A DNA stretch of 64,000 nucleotides, taken from the NCBI GenBank assembly GCA_052389415.1, contig JBQTHX010000067.1, forward strand, positions 1 to 64,000, given 5' to 3'. The stretch's first letter is position 1; each line of letters opens with the position of its first letter. Positions 18,899 to 30,195 of the stretch are shown here, one piece after another. Made by a program: the position numbers and the translations under genes. The DNA is from Nitrosopumilaceae archaeon (GTDB lineage: Archaea; Thermoproteota; Nitrososphaeria; Nitrososphaerales; Nitrosopumilaceae). The notes beneath the pieces were generated by a model. It was not told the DNA's origin. It did not search any database and saw only the letters and a program-made list of their open reading frames with translations.

Positions 18899-20004
18899 GA
18901 TTGCAATATTATTACAGAAGAAGATGTTGCTGCAGCGGACATGTTTTGAACTAGGCCTGTTTTTGCATTGGAAACCTGGCGTTTTCCAGCATTGCCTTGT
19001 AATTGTTGGCTGATTTCGACAATTTGCGCTATACCGGTTGCGCCTATAGGATGACCTGAGCCTATAAGGCCTCCGCGTGGGTTGATTTTTCTATCATTAG
19101 TCTCATAAAGGGTTCGAACAAATTTATTTCCCTCTCCTTTTCTTGCAAAACCAAGATCCTCTACTTCAATTATTTCACAAATTGAAAACGCATCATGAAT
19201 TTCGGCAACATCAATGTCATTGGATTCTTTCTTTGCCATGTTATATGCCATAGAAGCCGCATCTATTGTTGATTGCATACTTGTAAGATTCTCATTTTTT
19301 GTAAATCCCGCAGATATAGTTTTTTGCCCTATTCCTGTAATCCAAACAGGATCATCAGTGAATTTTCTTACTGTTTCTTCGGAGGCAAGTAAGACTGAAG
19401 CAGAACCATTGCAAGGCATGGAACAATCCAAGAGTCTAACGTCTTCAGTTAGATTTTTTGAGACCATGATTTCCTCAATAGAAAATGTTTTTTTAAAATA
19501 GCCAAACGGATTTTCCAATGCGTTTTTATGATTTTTTGCCGATACAAAGGCAAGATCTTCTTTAGTTGTACCATATTTTCTTACGTGAGATTTTGTGAAC
19601 AATGATGACCAATAGATTGGGTGTTTGTACTGACCTCTTGACTTGTCCCATTCCAATACCAATCCTGGACTGTCGAACCTTTCTGCACCTACTACCAAAG
19701 CAACATCTGCCAAGCCGGAAGCAATGTACGAAAATGCGGAAATGACGCTGTTTGCGCCAGAATTACAAAGACTTTCTACAGAGTGAGAAATTTTCGGTTT
19801 GATTCCTGATGCTTCTGATAAAATGCTTGACAGATATTTAGAATTGTCATTAGTTGAAGTCAGTACTATCTCTATGTCTTTTTGCGATAAATTTGATGTG
19901 TTTTCAAAAAGCGACTTTACTGCGGAGAGCATTAGTGATTCTATGCCTATCTCATCTTTGTTGAACTCTGTTAGTCCATGACCTGCTAGGCCCACTCTTC
20001 TCAT
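18895..20004 (-). CDS. thiolase (acetyl-CoA acetyltransferase family)
   Basis: VESLCNSG, AEIHDAF, INPRGGLIGSGHPIGATG. Confidence 0.93.
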   Translation of the reverse strand: MRRVGLAGHGLTEFNKDEIGIESLMLSAVKSLFENTSNLSQKDIEIVLTSTNDNSKYLSSILSEASGIKPKISHSVESLCNSGANSVISAFSYIASGLADVALVVGAERFDSPGLVLEWDKSRGQYKHPIYWSSLFTKSHVRKYGTTKEDLAFVSAKNHKNALENPFGYFKKTFSIEEIMVSKNLTEDVRLLDCSMPCNGSASVLLASEETVRKFTDDPVWITGIGQKTISAGFTKNENLTSMQSTIDAASMAYNMAKKESNDIDVAEIHDAFSICEIIEVEDLGFARKGEGNKFVRTLYETNDRKINPRGGLIGSGHPIGATGIAQIVEISQQLQGNAGKRQVSNAKTGLVQNMSAAATSSSVIILQS

Positions 20005-20981
20005 GGCTGATTACCTGATAAGGTTGACGTGAGCAATTTAAAGGAGGCAACAACGTCTCCGACTGGATTAAATTGTATTATTGGGAGTGTGACACCTGCG
20101 TTAACAAATGCTTGAAGTTTTTTTATACAATCTTGCGGTGTGCCGCATATTACCAAAGAATCTAGCATTTTCTTAGTCACTAGTTGATAGTTTGACTTTA
20201 GCCCAGATCTTCTAAACTCGTCATAGATATCTTTGGTTTCAGCAGCGAAACCATTTTTTGCTAAAAATGTACGATAAATCCCTCCTACAGAAATGTAAAA
20301 AGCTAATGTTTTTTTTGCTCGAACAACTGCTTTTTCTGGATCATCAGAAATACATGTTATGATTTGACATGCGATGTCGATTTTTTTCTTTGATTCCATT
20401 TTTTTTATGGTATTTTTTAGTTCGTCAATTGGTCGCAAATAGAAGATTATTCCTTCAGCAATCTCTAATGCCAAGTTGATCATTTTTTCGTTTACAGCTG
20501 CAAGATATATCGGAATGTTTTTTCTACTGGGATTAACAAGGAGCGTAAAGTTTCTCAAATGAAAAAATTTTCCATCATAATTCACTTGATTTCCAGATAA
20601 CACTAGTCTTATAATATCAACATACTCACGCATTCGTTGAATAGGATTTACGAATTTAAGCCCGTGCCATTCTTCTACAATGGCTTCGCTACTTGTTCCT
20701 AGTCCAAGGATTAGTCTTTTCCCCGAAAGCGTATCAATTGTTGCAGCCCCCATTGCAATAAGGGTTGGGGTTCTAGAATAGATGTTGATAATCGATGAAC
20801 CAATTTGGGAGTTTTTTACAATCTGAGATACTGAAGATAAAATAGAATATGCTTCCATTCCCCATGTTTCTGGGATCCAGATAGAATCGGGATTGTGATT
20901 AGATGCGATTTTTGCACAGCTTAATATTTCTTCTATAGACAGTAATGACCCAAGGCTATACGCTAATCTCATTTTTGTCAT
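20001..20981 (-). CDS. LLM-class (probably F420-dependent) oxidoreductase
   Basis: WIPE, SRTP..IAM.AATID.LSG.RLILGLG, IPIYLAA. Confidence 0.88.
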   Translation of the reverse strand: MTKMRLAYSLGSLLSIEEILSCAKIASNHNPDSIWIPETWGMEAYSILSSVSQIVKNSQIGSSIINIYSRTPTLIAMGAATIDTLSGKRLILGLGTSSEAIVEEWHGLKFVNPIQRMREYVDIIRLVLSGNQVNYDGKFFHLRNFTLLVNPSRKNIPIYLAAVNEKMINLALEIAEGIIFYLRPIDELKNTIKKMESKKKIDIACQIITCISDDPEKAVVRAKKTLAFYISVGGIYRTFLAKNGFAAETKDIYDEFRRSGLKSNYQLVTKKMLDSLVICGTPQDCIKKLQAFVNAGVTLPIIQFNPVGDVVASFKLLTSTLSGNQP

Positions 20982-21691
20982 TTTTTCAACAGGAATTTAT
21001 CGTAATGTTTTCTAATAATGTTTTTAGAACATTCTTCAATATCTTTATGCGAATCTATAGAATGCCAAAATGCATTTGAGTATTTTACTGCATACAACTT
21101 ACCTTTAGTAGAATATATTGGAAATGCGGAATCTTCTATATTTCCTTTTTTTGGAACATTGTTTATAATCTCTTTTGAGAGGAAGTATATTCCTGCATTC
21201 ATCCAATATTCTGGCAATATTGGTTTTTCGTAAAATCTTGCAACTTTGCTATCCTTAATTTCTACTATTCCAAATGGTGTTCTCAGCGGAATAATCGCTA
21301 TTGAGTTTGGTTTTAATTGTAATTGCCGTATGTCAATATCTGTAATTATATCCCCATTCATCACAAAAAAGGATCTATCCATAAAGGCAGATGCTTTTTT
21401 TAATGCACCGCCTGTACCCAGTGGCATTGTTTCAATAGAATATTGGATTTTTACACCAAGATTTTTTCTTGCTTCTAGATAGTCGCTAATTTGTTCATTT
21501 TTGTAACCTGAACAGATAACAAAATCTTTTACTCCAAATTTTTTAAAATATCTAATTTGCCACTCTATGATTGGAGTATTATTAATCGGTACAAGGGATT
21601 TTGGAACATAATCTGTGATTGGCCTTAGTCTTTTTCCAAATCCGCCTGAAAGAATGAATGCTTTCACAGATAAAATTCCCGTTTTTTGCAA
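20978..21691 (-). CDS. sugar-phosphate nucleotidyltransferase
   Basis: ILSGGFGKRLRPITDYVPK, PLGTGGA, MNGD. Confidence 0.9.
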   Translation of the reverse strand: MQKTGILSVKAFILSGGFGKRLRPITDYVPKSLVPINNTPIIEWQIRYFKKFGVKDFVICSGYKNEQISDYLEARKNLGVKIQYSIETMPLGTGGALKKASAFMDRSFFVMNGDIITDIDIRQLQLKPNSIAIIPLRTPFGIVEIKDSKVARFYEKPILPEYWMNAGIYFLSKEIINNVPKKGNIEDSAFPIYSTKGKLYAVKYSNAFWHSIDSHKDIEECSKNIIRKHYDKFLLKK

Positions 21692-21700
21692 TAAAAAGGT

Positions 21701-22228
21701 TCATCCAAAGTATTGTATGGATGCAATACCAAAATAATAACCTACAAGTGACAAGGAAATACTCCACACGGAAGATCCAATAAATGTAAAAACAAGAAAT
21801 TTCAAAATCCGCATTCTAAGAAATCCCGCAGGTATTGAAACAAGCTCTCTTATACCTGGAATCATTCTTCCAAACAAAACCACTTTTTCTCCGTGACGTG
21901 CAAACCACCTATCAACCCTCTTAAGTTGTTCGTCTGTTACTCGTGCATATTTTAGATATTTAGCGAGTCTTTCTCTCCCAATCTTTAGTGCTAAGAAATA
22001 GATTACAAGTGCTCCAAGAGTAGAACCTGAAGCACCTGTTATTCCAAGACCTATCACATGAAAAAAAGGCAGTTGATTCTTTGATACAACAAACCCTGCT
22101 AATGGAAATATCACCTCACTTGGAATTGGCGGAAATATTGTTTCAATCAATGAAGCAGCAAAAACCCCAGGATAAAGATATTCTGTTACCAATGAGATTA
22201 TCCATTCTACAAATTTATCTACTGCCAT
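21701..22228 (-). CDS. DedA family membrane protein
   Basis: ETIFPPIPSE, GRMIPGIR..S.PAG. Confidence 0.92.
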   Translation of the reverse strand: MAVDKFVEWIISLVTEYLYPGVFAASLIETIFPPIPSEVIFPLAGFVVSKNQLPFFHVIGLGITGASGSTLGALVIYFLALKIGRERLAKYLKYARVTDEQLKRVDRWFARHGEKVVLFGRMIPGIRELVSIPAGFLRMRILKFLVFTFIGSSVWSISLSLVGYYFGIASIQYFG

Positions 22229-22231
22229 ATG

Positions 22232-22357
22232 CTAACTGTTTTCCGTCATATAGTAATGGAGCTCTGTGTAACATGAAACACAAAACTCTTGCTCATTTGT
22301 ATGGTCGCATGAATGTGTTTTCTTTACATCTTTTTTGCATTTAGTACAAAATGTCAT
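22232..22357 (-). CDS. Cys/His zinc-finger microprotein (41 aa)
   Basis: Hand translation MTFCTKCKKDVKKTHSCDHTNEQEFCVSCYTELHYYMTENS*; fills the gap between two co-oriented genes. Confidence 0.8.
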   Translation of the reverse strand: MTFCTKCKKDVKKTHSCDHTNEQEFCVSCYTELHYYMTENS

Positions 22358-22358
22358 G

Positions 22359-22775
22359 CTAAGAAACTGGAGGTTTCTTGAGGGATTTTTTTATTTTTAT
22401 AACACCCAGTGCGATTATGAAAATTCCTATTGCTATGACAGGACCAAATTCTGTAATTCTATTATCGTCAAATTCAGAAGTACCATATTGCATTGCAAGA
22501 AAGGCTACTGAACCAACAACTGTCAAAAACCCGCTTATGACAATTAACAAGCCTAGGATTTTTGAATCATCCCTCCTTGAGATAAAGTAAGCTATTATCG
22601 GCAGTACAACAGAAGGTATTCCTAAAGATATGCCTCTGATCTTATGATCAAATGGTAGGAAACCTTCACCTGTTCCCCCTCCAATTGCAGCATCAGTTCC
22701 ATATATTACCAATAAAACTATAGAAACAGATGTAATGATTATAGGTACTTTAACCATATTGTTGTCGAGGTACAT
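22359..22775 (-). CDS. hypothetical membrane protein (4 TM)
   Basis: Four hydrophobic segments. Confidence 0.8.
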   Translation of the reverse strand: MYLDNNMVKVPIIITSVSIVLLVIYGTDAAIGGGTGEGFLPFDHKIRGISLGIPSVVLPIIAYFISRRDDSKILGLLIVISGFLTVVGSVAFLAMQYGTSEFDDNRITEFGPVIAIGIFIIALGVIKIKKSLKKPPVS

Positions 22776-22866
22776 TCATCTAATAAATCATTTTGTTAGT
22801 GAGTATTTTTTTCATAGAAAATAATAGATAAAAATTGCTTTAATTAAGAAATGAATCAGTAAAAAG

Positions 22867-23550
22867 TTAGTAGGATCGTCTGGATTGATAATTTTCTGTT
22901 TCTTCTTCACGCTTTCGATTTGACATGAGTTTTATTGCAAATAGATATTTTTTACCAAATATTTCTGCTAAGAGGCATTCTGGAAGTTCTTTTCCTCTAA
23001 TTTCAAAAACAGAGTCATTTCTGATAAACTCCTCTTCTGGATCTATAGTTCCAGTAAGAGTCAAATTTTCAACATTAGATTTCAAGTCCCACGTATTTCC
23101 TACATCGGTTCGAAGTTTTAATGTATCAAATCCGAATGAATTTCCCTTGATTTTATTACTTGTTTTTAGTAAATTCCTGAACTTTATTAAAACTTCATAC
23201 TGCTTCTTGTTTGACATGGGATTATTGCGTTCATAATCTTCAACGCGTCCTAGACCCAGAATCGTTATCTCTATATCGTTTACGGTCCACGAATAAGGCA
23301 AATTCAGAATTTCAGATTCAGTTTTAGAAGAGATGTTTTCCTCATGTTTTTCCTTTATATCTGATTCCGTGGATGAGGGTCCAGTTGTTGATTGTTGCGG
23401 TTCATTATAATTTTTGATGTTTGGAATAGTATCTTTAATGTTAGTTTTCTTAATCAAAGATGAGAATGTGTCAATAACAAGTTTTCCGCAATTATAGCAA
23501 TATTTGTCTCTTGACAACATCTTATATCCGCAATCTGGACAAAACGGCAT
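22867..23550 (-). CDS. zinc-ribbon domain protein
   Basis: N-terminal FCPDCG...YCYNCG, Ser/Thr linker, beta-rich C-terminal domain. Confidence 0.75.
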   Translation of the reverse strand: MPFCPDCGYKMLSRDKYCYNCGKLVIDTFSSLIKKTNIKDTIPNIKNYNEPQQSTTGPSSTESDIKEKHEENISSKTESEILNLPYSWTVNDIEITILGLGRVEDYERNNPMSNKKQYEVLIKFRNLLKTSNKIKGNSFGFDTLKLRTDVGNTWDLKSNVENLTLTGTIDPEEEFIRNDSVFEIRGKELPECLLAEIFGKKYLFAIKLMSNRKREEETENYQSRRSY

Positions 23551-23636
23551 GATATTTCTTAACTCGAGGATAAATATGGTTTTACTTGTATTAATAGATA
23601 GATTGCAACAAAGTTAGATAAGGAGTATGCGATTTT

Positions 23637-24329
23637 ATGTTTGAGTTTTTGTTTGAAATAAACAACTTCAGGATCATGTTAGCTTTAATTATGCTATCAA
23701 TTGCGACCACTTTTGACATATGGAAACGAGAGATTAATGATCTTTTATGGATCACTTTTGGAGCAATAGCTGTTGTGTTGATTTTCTTTGAACCAAATAT
23801 GGCTGAATCCGTTGTAAATATAGGTATTTCATTAATTATCGTACCAATAGTGCTTCTTATTTGGAGAGTTGGAATTTTTGGAGGAGCAGATGCATTTGGA
23901 TTAATAGTTTTAGCGGCACTTGCACCACAGCTTAGTTTGTCAGAAAATCTGGTGACTCCATTAACAACATTAACAAATGCAGTAATAATTTCTATCGTTC
24001 CTATTTTATTGAATGTATTTAGAAATCTTTTCGAACTCTCTAGACATAAAAATATTTTTGAAGGGTTTCACGAGACTCGATTAAAAAAGATATCTGCAAT
24101 ATTTTTAGGATATCGGGCAAGAAATCCAAAATACAGCTTTTCAATAGAAAGAATTGAAGGAGAACATAAAAAAATTGATTTTTCTTTCCATCATGCAGAA
24201 AATTCAGAGTTCTGTACTGTACCTGATACATGGGTAACTCCAGGAATACCATACATACTTTACATCACTGCAGGGTTCGTAGCCCAGATTCTAATGGGAG
24301 ACATCATCCTCACAATAATTTCTAGTTAA
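23637..24329 (+). CDS. prepilin/pre-archaellin peptidase (A24, FlaK/PibD-like)
   Basis: D.WKREI.D, FGGADA aspartyl motif, WVTPGIPY C-terminus. Confidence 0.9.
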   Translation: MFEFLFEINNFRIMLALIMLSIATTFDIWKREINDLLWITFGAIAVVLIFFEPNMAESVVNIGISLIIVPIVLLIWRVGIFGGADAFGLIVLAALAPQLSLSENLVTPLTTLTNAVIISIVPILLNVFRNLFELSRHKNIFEGFHETRLKKISAIFLGYRARNPKYSFSIERIEGEHKKIDFSFHHAENSEFCTVPDTWVTPGIPYILYITAGFVAQILMGDIILTIISS

Positions 24330-24431
24330 ATCATCCTCAAAAATATACTTGAAAAATAGGGTCAATTTAGATGTAATTTTTTCTTTTTACATACACAACT
24401 TCTTTATATTAAAAACTCCCTTTTTACCAAT

Positions 24432-24926
24432 ATGTCATCTGATGATACAGACATGGATGGAGACCTAGCGGAAGTAATAAAAACCTTAGAAAATCTGATA
24501 GATGAAGCCGTTCAGGTATACGAATTAGATAAGGAAAAGGTCAACGTAATTGACGAATTATACAATTCTTTAAAAGTAATAACAAATTTTCTTGGATTTT
24601 CCGTTGATTTGTATCCAGAACTTTTGAACTTACCTCCAGGTTCACGAGCAGTACTTACTCCCTCACTTGATATAGTACTCATAAAACCAAACTTCAAATC
24701 AGAAACCAAGAGACTGGATCAATTTTCATTAGAGGAAGTAACAAACATCATAAGATATGGCACTCCAGCATTAATTAGCATGGCAAGCGCGGATAGAACT
24801 TACAAGAATAGAAGAATTTCTTTCTTAAAGAGTGCAGCAGCAAAGCTAAAACAGGTATCACACACAAACGTTGATGATAACGTTGTAACAGAGAATTCAA
24901 GACGCATAGAGAGGGTTGAAAGTTAA
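24432..24926 (+). CDS. conserved hypothetical protein
   Basis: 164-aa ORF; TTTATATT about 25 bp upstream. Confidence 0.8.
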   Translation: MSSDDTDMDGDLAEVIKTLENLIDEAVQVYELDKEKVNVIDELYNSLKVITNFLGFSVDLYPELLNLPPGSRAVLTPSLDIVLIKPNFKSETKRLDQFSLEEVTNIIRYGTPALISMASADRTYKNRRISFLKSAAAKLKQVSHTNVDDNVVTENSRRIERVES

Positions 24927-25180
24927 TGCAAACAAACAAAGAGTCAAGATCTGTTGTGGCGGTGGAAAAATTACCTATAACTAATCAGTTAACACATTTA
25001 ATAAAATCAAGAATCGAATGTGCTTACGGTCTAGAAACCTTGGACATTTCTCACAGAAATAATACCAAAACGTCTCAGCTTTCTAATTATCAATTGCATA
25101 ATGAGAGGTCTCTCATAGAATTAGATTTGCGTGACCTACATTTCATTCACTCTGCGATCATGAGAGAAGGTGTTCAATGA
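24926..25180 (+). CDS. hypothetical protein
   Basis: 84-aa ORF coupled to the previous gene by TAATG overlap. Confidence 0.55.
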   Translation: MQTNKESRSVVAVEKLPITNQLTHLIKSRIECAYGLETLDISHRNNTKTSQLSNYQLHNERSLIELDLRDLHFIHSAIMREGVQ

Positions 25181-25361
25181 GATGACAGAATCAAAAATTA
25201 ATAAAATTACCTCAAGAGACTTACATAATACTGAAGAATTTAATAATAAAATTGAAGAAAACGTTAATGAACGATCGCAGAAACGATCAGATCGATCAAA
25301 ACTAGCTAACTCTCGCACAATATATCCTACTAACAATTCTAACAACCATACAGGAAATAAC

Positions 25362-26216
25362 ATGAACCAAGAACAAGTAGAAATGACTGCATTTGATTCC
25401 ACTCCAGACTCTGGAATGTATGATTATCGAATGTCCCTGGAAAAACTAAAAGACGAATTATCAAAATTCGGCCTTACAGCAAACCAGTCGAAAGTTTACA
25501 TATATCTAGGAAAGTATGGTTCAAAGACAGCTCCAGAAGCTTGTAGAGCACTCAAAATACCAAGAACTGAAACTTATCATCTATTAACCACTCTCCAAAA
25601 TAAAGGAATAGTTTCTGCAACCTTCCAACATCCCATTAGATTTTCAGCATTGCCTTTAGACAAAGCAGTATGGGTATTAGTAAATGCAGAAAAAGAACGA
25701 GTGAAGTCATTAGAAAAACAAGAAAAAGAAATCGTAGAACTGTGGAATGGCATACCAGATTTTAATATTGGTCCAGTTGAGCAAAAAGAAGACAAATTCC
25801 AAATGCTTCAAGGAGCTAACCAAATAAACAGCAAGATCCACGACATGATTAGTAAATCAGCAGAAGAAATTCTAGTTTTGGGATCTGAAAAAGACTTTCT
25901 AAGATTCTATCACTCGGATTTCTTGTCACCATTGAACAATATAGAATCTGATGTTAAGATACTAACAGCCTGTTCAGAAAAAACACTCTACATATTTGAT
26001 GAAGTCGATAAAAAGGATGTAAAATTGATGCCAGCAGATATCAAAGAAGATATTTGCTTCTTCATAAGAGATGATGAGCTTGTATTCTTTATGAAGAATG
26101 CAAACCAACCTGCACAAAACGCGATGGCCATGTGGACAAATTCTAATGCAATGGTCCAGTCCATGAGATTGTTATTTAATTCAGTTTGGTCTAAATCTAA
26201 AAAAATTTTTCCATAA
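25362..26216 (+). CDS. TrmB family transcriptional regulator
   Basis: L.KFGLT.NQSKVYIYL...IPRTETY.LL..LQNKG wHTH; ORF is open from 25170 but ATG 25362 is the likelier start. Confidence 0.88.
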   Translation: MNQEQVEMTAFDSTPDSGMYDYRMSLEKLKDELSKFGLTANQSKVYIYLGKYGSKTAPEACRALKIPRTETYHLLTTLQNKGIVSATFQHPIRFSALPLDKAVWVLVNAEKERVKSLEKQEKEIVELWNGIPDFNIGPVEQKEDKFQMLQGANQINSKIHDMISKSAEEILVLGSEKDFLRFYHSDFLSPLNNIESDVKILTACSEKTLYIFDEVDKKDVKLMPADIKEDICFFIRDDELVFFMKNANQPAQNAMAMWTNSNAMVQSMRLLFNSVWSKSKKIFP

Positions 26217-26217
26217 T

Positions 26218-26961
26218 CTAGGGTGTTAACCTTGGATGGATCAGTTGAAGTCCTGCGTCACTAAGTTTTAGTGGGTAAATTTGTTCACTATGACGAACTC
26301 CCCGCATTTTAAGAACCTGTATTGTTCTTTCCATAGCATTTTCCCTCTGTATATGGTTGAGCAAGATAATTCCAGAGGCAACATACCATTCTGTGGGTAT
26401 TCTTTCAGACGAACTACTTTCTGATATGAGAATAGATGTGCAGTGCCTATCATCCAAAGATTGAATCATTCCTTGCAATCCCTGCCTTACGTAGAACTTG
26501 TTTGCATATTGCATTGCAAGCACGGTAAGAGAATCTACAACTAAACGCTTCGCACCAATTCGTTTTATACTGCTCAATATCAGCTGTGTGAGGTGTTCAA
26601 ACGGTAGTGCCTCTCCTCTGTAAAGTGAATCATCTAAGGTTACAAATCCTTCTTCGATTTTAAAAGGTCTGGCATCGATAATTAACATTTTTCCATCATC
26701 AATAAGTTGTTGAATATTCCAACCATACAATTTAAAATCATTTTTTATTTCACGTGGGCTTTCAGCTAAGGTAACATAAACAACAGGTTCATCAAAATCC
26801 TTAGCACCTGCATAAAGATATTGCATCCCAAATGTAGTTTTTCCACTTCCAGGAGGACCTGATAGTACAATCGTTTTTCCTTCTCTAAATCCACCGGATA
26901 AGATTGAATCAAGTCCTGGTATACCAGTTCTAACTTTAATTGAAGATTCTATCACGAACAC
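26218..26961 (-). CDS. KaiC/RAD55-like single-domain ATPase
   Basis: TGIPGLD, GPPGSGKT Walker A, LVVDS Walker B, VLKMRG. Confidence 0.9.
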   Translation of the reverse strand: MFVIESSIKVRTGIPGLDSILSGGFREGKTIVLSGPPGSGKTTFGMQYLYAGAKDFDEPVVYVTLAESPREIKNDFKLYGWNIQQLIDDGKMLIIDARPFKIEEGFVTLDDSLYRGEALPFEHLTQLILSSIKRIGAKRLVVDSLTVLAMQYANKFYVRQGLQGMIQSLDDRHCTSILISESSSSERIPTEWYVASGIILLNHIQRENAMERTIQVLKMRGVRHSEQIYPLKLSDAGLQLIHPRLTP

Positions 26962-27150
26962 TGTCTCACAAAAGTCTATTTAAAGAATAGTAACTACTTT
27001 ACTGTAACTATTTCCAACTACGGAATTTTTTTAGTATTAATCGAATAATTATTTCCAGATCTGGTTCCATTTCATAATAAAATTTTCGCATTACCAAATG
27101 ATGAAATGGTTTTGCTAACAATTTTAAGACATTAAAAAATAGTTCACACA

Positions 27151-28299
27151 TTGACAAAGATCCTTGGAATAATAGGAGGTGGACAACTTGGGATGATGCT
27201 TACAGAAGTAGCAAAAAAAATGAACGAGTATATTTCTGATGTAATTGTTTTAGATCCAACAAAAAACTGTCCTGCTGCCAAAGCAGGCGCAAAACAAATC
27301 GTGGCAGATTTTAAAGATAAAAATGCCATCGTAGAGCTCTCATTACAATCAGATATTATAACATATGAGATAGAATCTGGCAATAGTGAGGTTTTAGAGT
27401 CTATAAAGTCTGGAGTGACAATACATCCGGATCCTTCAACCCTAAGTATTATTCAAGACAAGTATTTACAAAAGAAATTCTTACGTGATAGCAGTTTACC
27501 AGTACCTGATTTTATGCCAGTTGATTCATTAGAAGATCTTAAGGAGAAGATAAAGTCATTTGGTTATCCTGTCATGCTTAAGACACGAAGAGATGCTTAT
27601 GATGGTAGAGGCAATTTTAAGATCAACAATCCAGTGGAAGTAAAACAGGCGTATGATCAGTTCAAAGATAGATCGATGATGCTTGAAGAAGCGATTGACT
27701 TCCAAATGGAAGTATCTGTGATAGCTGCAAGAAATACCCAAGGGGAGATTGTGACTTATCCCCTCGTAGAAAACATCCATGAAGACAATATATTAAAAAT
27801 GACGATTGCGCCCGCAAGAGTAGATAAAAAAATTGCCGAGGAATCAGAAAAAATTGCTAAAAAAACCATGGAAGTGCTACAAGGGGCAGGAGTGTTTGGA
27901 ATTGAAATGTTTGTAACAAAAGATGGAAAAATTCTCATCAATGAAATTGCACCAAGAGTACACAATTCTGGACATCACACTTTACAATCTAGTTTAACTT
28001 CTCAATTCGAACAGCACCTAAGAGCAATTCTAGGATTAGAACTTGGCAGGACTGATTTATTGCATTATACTGTAATGTGCAATATTTTAGGACCACGAGG
28101 ATTTCAAGGAAAATTTAGACCAATCAAAATCGATGAAAGCGATGGGATATATCTAAAGATGTATCAAAAAGATGAAGCCAAACCTCAAAGAAAGATGGGA
28201 CATTTCAACGTAGTTGACATATATGATACAAAAGATACCAGTATGCTTCTCAAAAAAGCAGAAGAGGTTAAAAGTTTAATAAAATTCAATCCTGTTTGA
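27151..28299 (+). CDS. purK: N5-CAIR synthetase
   Basis: GIIGGGQLG, AYDGRGN, INEIAPRVHNSGH, RKMGH. Confidence 0.95.
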   Translation: MTKILGIIGGGQLGMMLTEVAKKMNEYISDVIVLDPTKNCPAAKAGAKQIVADFKDKNAIVELSLQSDIITYEIESGNSEVLESIKSGVTIHPDPSTLSIIQDKYLQKKFLRDSSLPVPDFMPVDSLEDLKEKIKSFGYPVMLKTRRDAYDGRGNFKINNPVEVKQAYDQFKDRSMMLEEAIDFQMEVSVIAARNTQGEIVTYPLVENIHEDNILKMTIAPARVDKKIAEESEKIAKKTMEVLQGAGVFGIEMFVTKDGKILINEIAPRVHNSGHHTLQSSLTSQFEQHLRAILGLELGRTDLLHYTVMCNILGPRGFQGKFRPIKIDESDGIYLKMYQKDEAKPQRKMGHFNVVDIYDTKDTSMLLKKAEEVKSLIKFNPV

Positions 28300-28303
28300 T
28301 TTC

Positions 28304-28894
28304 ATGAGTTATTCAAAAAAACCAGTTGTTGGGATCATCATGGGATCAAGCTCAGATAGTAAAATAATGCACAGTGCAGCAATGATTCTAGATGAATTCA
28401 GAATAAAGCATGAGGATCAAATCATTTCTGCACACAGAACTCCAACAAGACTATTAGACTATGCAAAACACGCTGAAAAGAGTGGATTTAAAGTAATAAT
28501 TGCAGGGGCTGGCGGATCTGCACATCTTCCAGGAATGATTGCATCACATACAATAATTCCGGTAATAGGGGTACCAATAATGGTTTATAATGACAAATCT
28601 GGAAATTCAGATCGTTTCAAATTTTCAGCATTTGGAGGTCTTGACTCACTTTTATCAATATCTGAAATGCCAACTGGATCCCCTGTGGTAACCGTAGGAG
28701 TTAACAAAGCAGCTAATGCTGGTCTGTATGCAATAAAGATAATTGCGAACGAGTTTTCAGAACTACAGAAAAAACTAAGACAACATAAAGCAAAGCAACA
28801 CTATTCTGTAATCAAAGAGTCAGAAGAGATGAAGAAAATTGGATTAACTAAGTTTGCAAAGAAGAAATACAAGGCACGATATATTTTTGGATAG
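28304..28894 (+). CDS. purE: N5-CAIR mutase
   Basis: IMGSSSD, SAHRTP, AGAGGSAHLPG. Confidence 0.95.
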   Translation: MSYSKKPVVGIIMGSSSDSKIMHSAAMILDEFRIKHEDQIISAHRTPTRLLDYAKHAEKSGFKVIIAGAGGSAHLPGMIASHTIIPVIGVPIMVYNDKSGNSDRFKFSAFGGLDSLLSISEMPTGSPVVTVGVNKAANAGLYAIKIIANEFSELQKKLRQHKAKQHYSVIKESEEMKKIGLTKFAKKKYKARYIFG

Positions 28895-30125
<1,231 letters not shown>

Positions 30126-30195
30126 CTATTCATTAGAAAACATGCTTTAAGAATTCACCGTACCATTATTAATGCCAACACCAAACTTGCAATAA

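Noticed and set aside
24303-24342. 10-bp direct repeat ATCATCCTCA at the end of the peptidase gene
   Set aside because: Too short and encloses nothing; chance or tiny local duplication
25170-25361. N-terminal extension of TrmB
   Set aside because: Asn/Ser-rich and promoter-like; the conserved domain starts after ATG 25362
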